Part shown: in pieces, positions 24,216-37,100 of the stretch
Layout of the letters: each line of letters opens with the position of its first letter
Position numbering within the stretch: the stretch's first letter is position 1
DNA from: Antedon mediterranea
Taxonomy: Eukaryota; Animalia; Echinodermata
Assembly (NCBI RefSeq): GCF_964355755.1
Contig: NC_092677.1
Span: forward strand, 27,887,175-27,951,174
Direction: 5' to 3'
Length of the DNA stretch: 64,000 nucleotides
Program-made: the position numbers and the translations under genes
Notes under the pieces: model-generated
What the model saw: the letters and a program-made list of their open reading frames with translations, nothing else
Told to the model about the DNA's origin: nothing
The model's database searches: none

Positions 24216-25042
24216 GTTCATTTCGATTCTACATTGAAACTAAAGTAAACAAAATAACTCACACACACTTTTCAAATAAATATTATTCATAATAATGAAT
24301 TCTCAGTACAAAGTAATTTAATACTTAAACAAATAAATCCAATACTTTAATAGAAAAATAACCTTTTATTGAATGTATTTATACATAATGGACTATCTGA
24401 TTATATTCCGGTATCAGTGGTCGAATAAATGACGTCACATCAGTTGTCGAATAAATGACGTCACATTAGTGATTACATACCATTTAAAAATAAATCAATA
24501 AACCTCGCGATTTCCAGACATTTCAAGATATGTTATATAATTATTATTAATCTTTTTGACATTTATTTGTCAAAATATGTGTTTACATTAAATGTTCGTT
24601 TCTAGCGTTCTAAAAACGTCAGATACATTTCTTTTAACTTAGCTGCTGTATGTATTCCGTCGTATTGTTATGAGATTACCGACGTAAAGCCTGTAGTCAT
24701 TTAATTATTCTTCAAGACTATACATCAATTTCACTTAGAAAATAAGTAGGTATACTAGCTATTTCATTCTTATTAGTGTGCTGTTTCCTACGGTGAAACA
24801 ATCTCCAATCATTACAAGTTTGACAGTATAGTTTTCTCCACATTTCAAAATATTATGACCTCGATTGTCAAAATGGAACGGATATTGAAGCGATAATTAA
24901 GACGAGGAAAACACAAGACTCTGCTCAATTTAACATCAGTATGCAATCCACAGCTTTCTCTCCTTTTAAAGGTATCTTTTTTATTACATTTTAAATGTTT
25001 TTTTTTTAAATATTTTGTTATTAAATGCGCAAAAGAAAAAAT

Positions 25043-25123
25043 TTAATAGTCCGTGCATGTGTTGAGAAGAATTCTCCTTTCCTTGGCGCTCGACGTTAAC
25101 AGAATTTGCATCAGGCTCATAAG
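25043..25123 (-). CDS. Peptide precursor exon 5 (last)
   Basis: Acceptor atcttttcag|CTT; LMSLMQILLTSSAKERRILLNTCTDY*. Confidence 0.6.
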   Translation of the reverse strand, partial: LMSLMQILLTSSAKERRILLNTCTDY

Positions 25124-28100
25124 CTGAAAAGATAATTAATTCAAGATTAATTTTATTAATCGCTGAAGAACACAACAACCAAATCCTTACACCACAAGTG
25201 AAAGTATTATACACTACGTGACGACGCGTGCGCACAAAACACGATTATTACGTGTAACTAATCGAAACATAAACAAAACACACAATCAACAAGTCTCAAT
25301 ACCGTGTCACAATTGTATCACATGTGAGGTCTGTATTATGATGCTAGTGTTTAGGTAAAGGCGTCACATAGTACTGTACGTGACATTCAAGGATCATAAC
25401 CAAAAACAAGTGCGCTTTTGTATGGAATAATGGTTGGAGAGGGTGAACATTGTTTTCTGCTGTTTTCAGAGTTAGGTCTACTAATATTACTTAGGCAAAG
25501 GTAGATTAGGCTTAAAGATGTATTGTCCCCCCAAAAAACATGAACAAATGAAGCTTAATAAAATCAGACTTTAAATAGGCAATTTTTTTCAGTTTTAATA
25601 AAGTTTAAAAATAATTTCACTTATAAAAAGAGAAAAGAAACGTTTAATTTGAACCAAAAACCATTGTCTGACAGACATTTTTTCAGGTAAATAATTTTAG
25701 AGGGATCTTTAAAACCATGTGATTTGCCTGAAATATTATCGGCATCATTTTAAGAGTTCTTTAAATAAAATAAAAAACTACAGTATGTTTTCAATTCAGT
25801 TATACAGAATTATATTGGTTATCTTAAGTTTCAATTTGACATTATCCAGCAATAAAAACAATATATCACAGTAAGTATCAGGAATGATATACAAATATGA
25901 CATATTATGAAAATAAATGACACGGTACACTACTACTGTAGATTTTAAAAAGCGGCTTAACAGAAATATGATATATCAGGAAAAATAGAAATCAATAAGC
26001 TATAAAAAGCCATTAAGAAATACATCTGTTTTTGTCTATTAAGCTTGGTTCCCACTAGTGACGCAATGCAAGGACGTAGACGCAACGGAAGCGAGTTGAC
26101 TAATCACAACCGACTGTTCGAATAATCCTTGTGATTGGTCAAATCACTTACGTTGCGCTTAAGTCCTTGAGTTGCGTCTTTACGGAGAGCATGTCCATTT
26201 TAATTCAATATTAAACAATGACATAAACTTTCATATTGGATTTATAAAAATTAATTATTAATATTACATTTTTACCTGTTATTCCGACTATGTATTTGTG
26301 GGTTCAACTTTGACGGAGTTGGCAAACACATTTTTTTGACAGCATTTTTATTTTCATAGAAAATGTCAGACAAGGCAGATTGTATAAACATCAATTTCAT
26401 CTTAAAAAATTGATACTGCTCTAGAAATGAATGTCCGAGCAGAAAGATGATGTTCTTGTCAAAAACTAATAATGTCTGGTTTGAACTAAATATTATTCCA
26501 ACAACGTATTTCGAGATGTCAACGATGGATTACATACTATATTTCATAATGCTAAAACGGACATTTTATATGGACATCTTTGCTTTTATTTCAATTTCTA
26601 TCAAATTTCTTTCCATTATTTTTTTCATGATGAAATAATGGTATCTATCACTGTATATTATTTTGATAAATATTTGAGTGAGTTTCTTTTTCTTTCTAGA
26701 AAAAAAGCCTAAAAGTTAACGCGCGCGTACATTATTATGGCAATTGAATTCATACGCATGCGTGTAAAACTCGTATCATTAGTTTCACGCGCGCGTACAA
26801 CCACTTTAATTCTTATGTAAAAGTTATGTGCCTTTCTGTGGTGTATGTACACTTAAAACAATTTAACAAACGTAGAAATATAACTTAACCATCAAAATAT
26901 TATTTTTGTCATTCTCCGTAAATTTTAATTTGCTAATGTCCCAAATGAAACGGATCATTCTACTTTTTGACATGTCTTACGTATGTTTTTAAATAAAAAA
27001 ATGATAAGGCGTCAGACAAGTTACATTAACACCGATTGGCTAGAACATTTCCAGCACTGTTAAGTGACCTCAGAACGACGTATTTTCCCCAGTGTGAACA
27101 GGCCCTAAAGCAATGAACTCGCGTGAAAATCGACTTCACAGCCCATCTAACAAAACAATTACATAAGCATCCAATTATTGTTGAGAAGTATCAGATATGG
27201 TACGCAGTATTGATATTTGACAACATGTCATACTAACATTGTTAACTCGACTCTCATTCATTTTGAACATAAAAACTTGCCTTTTTACACCTTGATAGAT
27301 CTGATGAACTTTCAGTTTGCGTGGGTTCTTGCTCGAGGTGACCCTAAAAAGTAAGGTTGAAATTAATTATACCTATATTAGCAAAATAGTTTCAAGAACA
27401 TTATTAGAAAGCATTTGACGACGGTGAATAACCCCAAGTCGCGTTTGTATAGCCATTATGTTGGCCATTATTGTTTTTATCAAGAATTATTAGAAACGTG
27501 TTGCGTGTCTAGGAGCGTATGAGTAAAATATTTATCTTCATCGTCATCGTCATCATCACAATCATCTTCATCATCATAATTGTCGTCATCATCACCATCG
27601 TCGTCGTCATCATGATCATCCATCATCATCATTATCATCGTCATCGTGATCATCCATCATCATCCATCATCATGATCATTATCATCATTTTCATCGTCAT
27701 CATAATCATCATCCATCATCATCCATCATTTATCATCGTAATCATCTTCATCATCATCATCATTATTTTTAATATAAATGTTATCATAAGCTTTTGCTGC
27801 TGTTGTTGTAGTGATCGTTGCAATGGTATAATTACAACATTGTATTGTTTGTGTTTTTCATTTAAAATTTGAAATTACAAACCACAATTAAAGATGAAAC
27901 TTTACCTGGACACTTTCAGGAAACGATCGTTTTCTACAAAAATTTGCTAAAAAAAAGAAAAACGAAATCAATACGGTCATCGATTCTTTAGAAGGTAAAT
28001 GAAATGCGGAAATGATAAACAATACTAGAAGATGGTACACTACGAAGATCATTGACGTTTGCATTCGCATTGTCCAATAGTAAATTCATAGAGATTTTAT

Positions 28101-31100
28101 TTCTAAGCTCTGTTTACACCAATAAACTACTTTGACAAAAAAGTGTGATGTGCCCAAACATGGTATTGATATTTCCAAATATGGTAGTGATATGACATCA
28201 TCATGTCCATATGTGGGCACATCACATTTATTTTGTCACATTAAATTTGATAGTGTAGACAGAGCTTTAGCAAAAATTAAGCATTCCTTTCTAAAGCTTG
28301 ATTCCCACTTGGTTGGACGCAACACACACACAGAGACATAAGAGCAAGTAATTTGATCAACAACACGGGGAAATGGATCATTCGAACTGTCGCTTTTAAT
28401 TGGTCAACTTACTTGCCTTACACCTACAACGTTGTATTGTTGTTGCATCCAATTGGGAACCAGTCTTAAACTGTCCTCATTTCGATTGGCACGAAGCAAT
28501 AGAGCGTGACAGACACGCGCACACATTAATCTGTGACGTCATGACTAACTCAACTTCAACGATTTAGCGTGGATTGATTTGTCCACATGCGCACTGTCTT
28601 TCCGCTTTATTGCGCAGTGCAATCGTTATAATGGTTTATTTTTAAAGAAATTAAAACATCCATGGGTGATAATGTTGCGACAATCAACAAGAGCGGTCTC
28701 CCTGAAGAGACCATGACCCTCTTGATACGTCACTGAAAGATACACTTACGTAACATTGTTGGGTCTAATGACGCAATTCTGTTCAAACACCTACAGACAC
28801 AAGCTCTCGAATTACAACGAGAACAGGCCAGTTGTGCAGATTCTAAAAAAGGAAGAAAACATTGATTATTGCATAGGTCTAATATCATAACTTTAAGCAA
28901 AGAATAATAACGATCAAGTTAATCAAGTTTAGTTAAGTAAATACTATTTTTTTTAAACTATGAATCTTTTTTCCCTTGTTCTGTTTTCTAAAGCGTGGTT
29001 CCCATTAGAACGCAACGCAACGCAACGCAACGCAAGCGAGTTGACCAATGACACTGATAGTTCAAAATAATCCATCGCTTATCATTGGTCCTTGCGTTGC
29101 GTCCTAGTGGAAACCAAGCTTTAGGCCTAACCATAAATGTCATTAATTTATGCTATATCTTTGGATAGGTTTGAGTAGCCGTGTGGATTTGGAGTGTGGT
29201 GATTGGTCAGTTAAACCGCTATCTTGTCACGTTCCTAACAATACTGAAACATTTTACGAATTTATTCCACGTGCGCGAGATAATAACACCAGACATCATA
29301 TCGTCATAAACAAAATAATGAAATTTATATTTTAATCTACATTTCAGAGAAACATAAAAAAATGTATTAAATAAATTTAAATGTCAATAATTCCCTATTT
29401 TAGCCACGGGCTATTTTGTGGCATTATCCCGTCTCTCATGATAGTTTAAAAGTTTACAAAAACATAAAGTAAATTAAAGATTTTAACAGTAAATTAACTA
29501 CAACATACGTTTTACTTCACACAAAGTAATTAATATAAATACATTGCCAGAGGATAAAATTAAAAGTTAAGGTGGACGGTACGCGGCAATGGTTAAGATA
29601 ATTCATAATTATGAATTCACGTAGCAATCTGAATCATTTCCATTAAACCCCCGTAGTGTCCATTACAGAGATAATTGAACTGAAGATAAAAACATTAAGT
29701 TTTGTCGACCGATGTGGACGATATAAAAAAGACTAAAGATGTATATCGAATCAATTAACAAGTTTCAGTGAAATGCTTCTAATTGGACACGGTATTCGTA
29801 AGAAGATAGATATGAACAATAATTGAAAACATTTCGACGGAGGAATCTGTGTTCACGGAACAAGTGGTTCTCTTCTCTGATGTAGATTGTTATGATTTTT
29901 CTAATGATGTTGATACTTTCATTGTAAATAGTATACAGTACTATATTTTGAGTATCAAGATACAAGATACAAGTCTACTTTATTGTTAAAATCTTACAAT
30001 ATTGTTTTGTACCTTAGAAGAATAATTAAATAATACAAAGTGATAAAACTTAAATAAATGATAATACAATACAAGTTACTATCTTTTAAAGTTTTGATTA
30101 AATACATTGCATGTACAGTGTTGAAGATCTGAAACGGTTTTCACAATTCCTCAATCCTCTATATTTCTGACATAACATAGTCTCTGACTTTTTAAAGAAA
30201 CCTACAATTCATTCGATCGTTAGCAAACAATTGCACATATTCTATTCTTTTGAATGGCTCATACATCATACTGAGGATAATGAGAAAAGGAAACGCGACG
30301 GATAAGTCAAGGAAACGAGGAGAGAAATACAAATACAACAATGATCCTCAATAACAAGATAGAGTTATTTTAGAGTTAAAATGGTATAAAATGTTAATAC
30401 AATTGAAGGAGAAAGGCCGAGGAGATTATAAAAATACTAATTACAAAAGTAATACAATTCATGAAAAGTGGAATTCATAAAACAAGATAAAATGATATTA
30501 AAAACAGATTAGAAAATGTTAAAGTGATAGAAAATGTTGAAGTGATACAAAACCCGGCTAAAATTGAAACAAAATTACCATGAAATAATCATAATTTGAT
30601 GACGAAAAAAGAAGATTGTGAAATGATAAATTTATTTCACAATAAACAAACTATTATACAAATATGTGTAGAGGTTTTTCTTTGAAAGAGAATGAAGAGA
30701 AGCACTAGTTGACGCACATTGTGTTCACAAGGTCTTAGCCTTAAACACACTTATATAATAACTATCAAATAACACACTATCATCTTATAAAAACAAATCT
30801 TTTAATACATGGTTTAAAAATGTATTTATCAAGTTGATGTTTTGCCATCAAAATTGCATTTAGGGCCACATAAACGTCAGCCTAAAGCTAGTAAGTAATT
30901 GGGCCTGATAGTCACCACATTTTAGTCATAATAATTTTCGTTGGAATGTTCTTTTTGGATTAAAAACAAGATTAATTATGAATTTTTGACGTTGGGGTTC
31001 GTTGGTAAATGGTCATAACTTCCGGATGAAGATACAAAACAACTTTGAATGTTGAATATTTTAACATTTTGATGCACGCGCATATTTTATCATTGTGAAA

Positions 31101-34100
31101 TGCACGCACATCATTGTGATACATACGCGCATAAGTGTGATATGTACGCGCATATTTAGTTATATTCTTTTCAAAATGTATGATAACGATACAATTGTAT
31201 CGAATTCTTTTAAAAACTCATAATATTGTCTGACCCTTTTATATGATTTATTAAGAAGCAACGATAGTAAAACTAATTACTATAGGAAATGTTATAATGT
31301 ATCAAAGGAATTACATTTCTGAATTAATATAAAATTGCAGCAACACAAAGGAAAGAACACATTGTCACTTGCAATATAATCTCAAGTATCTAGTTGCAAA
31401 CACTTGTTTATTTAACAAAAAGGAATCATTCATTATTTTGTATTAGAAAAACATATTACGTCAATATTTGATACAATATTAGTTTTGCTTGAAGCGACCA
31501 TAATCTTGTTTTTTTATATTCAAAACGAAATAAATAGTCTTATCATTTAGAATCAAATTTACGAATTAGATTACAGTGATCTGTGTTGTCAGCGATAGCC
31601 CGGATGTAAATCTTTTTAATACCGTATATCAAATATCTAAAGGCATTTTATCTTTTCTTTTTCAATTCAATTAAATTTATTAATTTATAATTCAAAAATA
31701 TTAATATTATTACAAATTAGAAAACAATAATGATATAATATGAATAATTGCCATACAATACCCAGACATCATTAGGGCAATGGTTGATTGCAAAATGAAG
31801 CAGACATATTCTTGGAAAAGAAAAGAAAACTTTAAACTCGTTGTTAGTGCCTTGCAGCAGCTAAAAAAAATTATAAATACCAATTGACGATGTGTGTAAA
31901 CGCAAGGACGTACGCGCAATCACAAGCGACATTTCAGATAATCCATCGTGATTGGTCAAATTACTTGCGTTGCGCTTACGTCCATACGGTGGGAACCAAG
32001 TATATTACAAATTGGTAAATAGAACAAATGCTGCTGGCGTTTTTCTTTTTTTTGTTTGACAAAATCACATACTATTATATTATTGACGAAACTTAACAAC
32101 AAATGCATCAGTTTCGATTGTTTCCTTAGCAGTTTTACTACCGACATCATTAACTATTACTTAATTTAGAACACGTTTTTTTATTATTTTAGAAATCACG
32201 ACCAATATTCATTTGAAAAAATGCCTTATAAATAATCGAATGTCTGTTTTAATTTATTATATAGTAACACTACTTCAACACATTATTCACATTAATTTTC
32301 TAAATGCATCAACCGTAAATAACATTGCATAATATTATAAGAATTGCATGCAAAACCGTTACCAATGTTATCAATGCATTTTAAAACAAAATTTTGATTT
32401 TTAAATCCATTACGAATATGTATAATACATAAATCAAAGAATTGAAATACAGCCTGTATTGGGACTTCACTTCAGAAACAGTTTATGTATTCATCAGTAT
32501 GTATTTGTGTGTGTATTTAAGAAGTTCAAAGTTCATTTTGAAGGATACAATAACCACAATGCATTGAACTTCTTAATTTAAAAACTTTTACACCTGTGTA
32601 ATAAAATTGGCGCAGATTCAAACATTGTTTTTTACTGTCACCGGTGATGCGTTCAATATTTTTTTTCAAACATCTCGAAATCTGTCTACACTATTAAACT
32701 AGTCTGACGACAAAAGTGTGATGTGCCCAAATACAGTAGTGATATGGCTAAATATGGTAGTGATATGACATCATCATGTCCATATATGTTCACATCATAG
32801 TTTGATAGTGTAGACAGATTTCGAGATGTTTGAAAAAAATATTGAACGCATCACCGGTGACAGTAAAAAACAATACATAGACTGCCGAAGTGAAATAGTC
32901 AAAGTTAAGTTTTTTAAACGCCACAACTTAAATATTGCTTTCTGAATTATGGGGTTTAAAAAAAATTTAAACAATAACATTAGATCCTTACGGATCGGCA
33001 GTAAGTTGTGATTAGTCTTTGCGAGTGTGTTGCAAGAACTACGTGAAAACGAACGCTTCATGATGTGTAACGTAATATAATTATTACTGTCACGCGATGG
33101 TCCTCGCAAAGGGTGAACATCTACTACAAAAGCTACATTTGTGACGCCATACTTATAAGATAATGATAGGCATTGATCTATGCATATTATATTATTATGC
33201 ATTTCAAAACTTTAATTAAATATTGTTAGTAGGTTAACGTGATAAGATTTGTTTAGATGAAGTATCCTAATTGTAGGTTTTGATTTCTACAATCAAAAGT
33301 ATTTTATTTTTAAATATCGGTTTGCTGATCAACAAGCTCATTAGTTAACAAAACATTCTCACGTGATAACTCCATTTATGAATTATTTTAACTATTCATC
33401 ATGCTTCATTATTACTATTTTACTAATTGGTTTATTTATAGTTTCGATTAAGCCCATGGGCTGCTCCAGTCTGCGTCACAGCAACCAGCTAAAGCCTGGT
33501 TTCACCCGCAAGCGAATTGACCAATCACAAACGATGGATTTGTCGAATTGTCGGTTGTCATTGGTCAACTCGCTTGCTTACATAGACCCAATGTTGTCCG
33601 AAATGTTATAATTATACAGTATTTTTAAAGGATAAATGAAATTGCTTGTTCCTCTGCTTATACTGCCGATTTTTACAAGAAACTCAGTCAAAGAGACATG
33701 AGAAGTTATAAATAGTTTTCAATGCGAAAGGAGAACAATTTCAATATACATTTATCATTTAAAGTCGTATCACATACATATTTGGCATCAGCAATAGCAA
33801 ATAGGTTTGATGTCGGTTAGCAGTCAAATCAATTACATTTAATTCTGTAGTAAAGTAATGTATGCTTAAATACAAGATTGTTGGTTGATTACAATTTACT
33901 TAATTTATCATTTACTTTAACCATAGTTATTTATATACAGGATTTTCTAACATATTTGATAGATTGAAAAGGAAAAGCGTTGTGGAGACTTGAGTTAGAA
34001 AAATAAAAGTAATCATGCAATACGATTGATATATATCTCACGACAAACTAAGTTCTTTGATAGGATCCTAAAACAGTGAATATTTCCGAAACTTATAATG

Positions 34101-37100
34101 AGCTGGAGTAGTTTAGAGCAGTAATTTGTAGATATGTGGCAGGTTTTGAGGGGGAGTGTGTATAAATTGATACACATTTGTATTTTTATGTTTGTCTGGT
34201 GCTAAGCTAACGGAATAGACAAGTGTGTGTAATACAAAATGAACACCTAACTGTACATTAAGCCACCAATTAACCTATTCAAAATGTGCAAACAGAATTA
34301 ATTACAAGAGCTCACACTACAGTAAGTAAGTTAATGAACTGGACCTAGATATAAGTATCCTTCTAGATTGTAGCTTACACACATCACGTATCACGATAAA
34401 ATACAAAGACAAAAAGATGATGAATAAAAGTGGAAGATACTGTATATAAAATCAATATTTTATATGTTTTATAAAACATAATTCAATTTTAATTTATCAC
34501 CTTATGTGTTACATCGTAAATGCAAATTTTAATATATTTATCAAATACCAAAATAAACCATGTTGAGAAATGAAGCGATCAAAAGCTGATGAAAATGACA
34601 TGCATTTTGTAGGGCGCGCGTCGCGTCCACTTTCTGTGATATCACTATGGCATATTACTGACAGAATGTACGATAAAAGACGTATTGCAATTGCTTCAGA
34701 CAATTTTAAAGTTGATGCTAATTTTGGTAAATCTTAATTCTGCAATGCCGAAGACATCAAATGCCATTGGTTACGTCATATCTAATATTAGCAACCATTA
34801 TTCTTTCAAATACTGCGTTTTTTTAGCGTCAACCACTCGAGTCATCGAGAGTTAATATCCGTAGAAAGAAGTAACTAAGGTTACTTTAAAACATAAGATG
34901 ACAAAGATTATTCAAGTCAAATATGTACATTAAAATGATGTACCGCCAATAAATGCACGTAAGTATAATTAGTATTCGATGTTCTATCTATAATCGTGAA
35001 TGATCAAAAAGAATGCAACTTAAAAAATTTGTCACGTTTACCACATCCAGCCAAGATACCTAACAAAGAGGTATTATGGGTAATTTCTAGGCCTATTAAT
35101 ATTGTCATCGCCTTGTTCAGGTAAACTCAATCCTACATTACAGATTCGAAACATTACTTGTTATCTTTTAAGTTGCAAGAGAACTACTTTATAATGTCCT
35201 CCCTTTTCCATTCAAACAGAAAATAATTTCTACTAACTATTATGTATACATCTGCTTTACTATCATTTTATATGAAATTTCTAAATATTTTTAGATCATC
35301 GTTAATAATTTATATGGAAAATTTTAAGAAATATTTTTAAAGTGTCATTATACTTTTTCTATCAACTATTCATCATGAAGTAAAGCGTGAAAGACAACCT
35401 CTGTTTTCAATTAAATATAGAAATATTCTCTTTAACTTCTCATTTTATTTGTATTATTAAAATGATGATGGCGGTCTTATGAGAATTGATTCCGGTTAAT
35501 CCTGTTACTTGTCTAGGTCATAGAGGTTCAAAATAATTGCATTTCTGTTTACTACGGATTCTCTTTGTAATCACCGGTTTCGTTTGATTCCATGGACACT
35601 ATACATGAGTTTCACAAGAAATAGCTAATGCTGATGGAATGAGGTATGACAGTACTCGTGATAATGGCTAGTAAGTATAATAGCTATATCTAATTGTTTG
35701 TCATCCATTTGTAAGGTTTCTGTTTTCAAGTTCAAATTATATTTACTTAACCATTGATGGGAAATGTGTTGAATATTCGCTTTCATGTTTGAGCGCAGTA
35801 GGCTATCCTCCCACAAACTATTTTAGTTTTATTGTTCCAAATCTGACAATCAAAGCGTAATAAAGATTTCAAGTCTTTCTTTTTTTGGTCTAAATACTAA
35901 AAATAGAAATGTAGATGTTTATCCAAAATCGCAAACACCCTGTGGCAATTATTTAATGTATTTAATTTTAAATATTAATAACAACTATTAACAATTATGC
36001 TTTAGGTAACCGTCTGATTCAAAGATATTATTATGTTGACATTAAAACGTAACATTTAAAAAAAAATGTACATTTTCCAATTCCAAAACTTTCTTAGACA
36101 TTGCTTATGGGGGTAATTGAGATAAATAGGCTCAATTATATCTAAAGAAAAATATGCTTATTCCAAAATTATTGACGTTCAATCAAGATAGATGTTTGTA
36201 TAAGAACAAAAGAAAGACTATTTATTGATTTTGGTCAAACTCACTTTCCAAACAATAACTCAAGAAAAGTGATAAGAACAAGTATCAGCAAAACAAACAA
36301 AAATCATGGCCCTAGAAAAATGTTCCATCATAAGTAGGCCTACGCAAAAGAAAGCCATAAACCACACGAGGGCAAGCGTGTTCTATCATAAGTTAAGTAG
36401 GCCTATGCAAAAGAAAGTCATAAACCACACGAGGGCAAGTTAGCTACAGTTACGCGTGGTTCCCACTAGGACGCAACGCAAGGATGTACGGGCAACGCAA
36501 GCTAGTTAACCAATGACAAGCGACAGTCGAATAAATACATCGTTTGGTTAATTGGTCGAAACCTTTAGTGGTATCTAAAAAAGGAAGAAAATGGTCGTGG
36601 ATGGATAACAAACAAACAAACTGATCTAATAACGTTTTCCTCTTTGGTGTGATTGGAATCATAACTATGTAAAGTATATGAGTGTAGCGTATATCGAATA
36701 ACAATTGAATAACATTACATAGTCTGAACATAAAGCAACAGGATTTCTGTACGAATCTTTAGATAAATAGAAATATTGATGAGATGAAAGATGAATGCAA
36801 TGGATTGTATGTAAGTGCCAAATACACCTTTCCAATTATCTATCTCCTGCCGAGATTCAGCTCAAGTACGCTTTGCGTTTACACATGGCAAGATTTGCCG
36901 ACGACGACACCACAATGAACTTTTGGTAAAAACATTACACGCATGGATTAAAATACAAGGTTAAATCAACAACAAGCGCAAAAGTGGAGATTCGATTGAT
37001 CGCTCCTGAACGTAATCTTGAACATCATCACGTGACATGAAAGTCATATTTTTGCATCAATCATTGCCGTAGTGGACATTTCACTTACTAAGGTAGAAAG

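Noticed and set aside
27519-27872. 117-aa Ile/His-rich ORF
   Set aside because: Translation of a (CAT)n microsatellite; no splice or domain support.
29765-29880. Possible extra peptide exon (..RRNVFNYCSYLSSY..)
   Set aside because: No polypyrimidine acceptor and no convincing donor before the stop.
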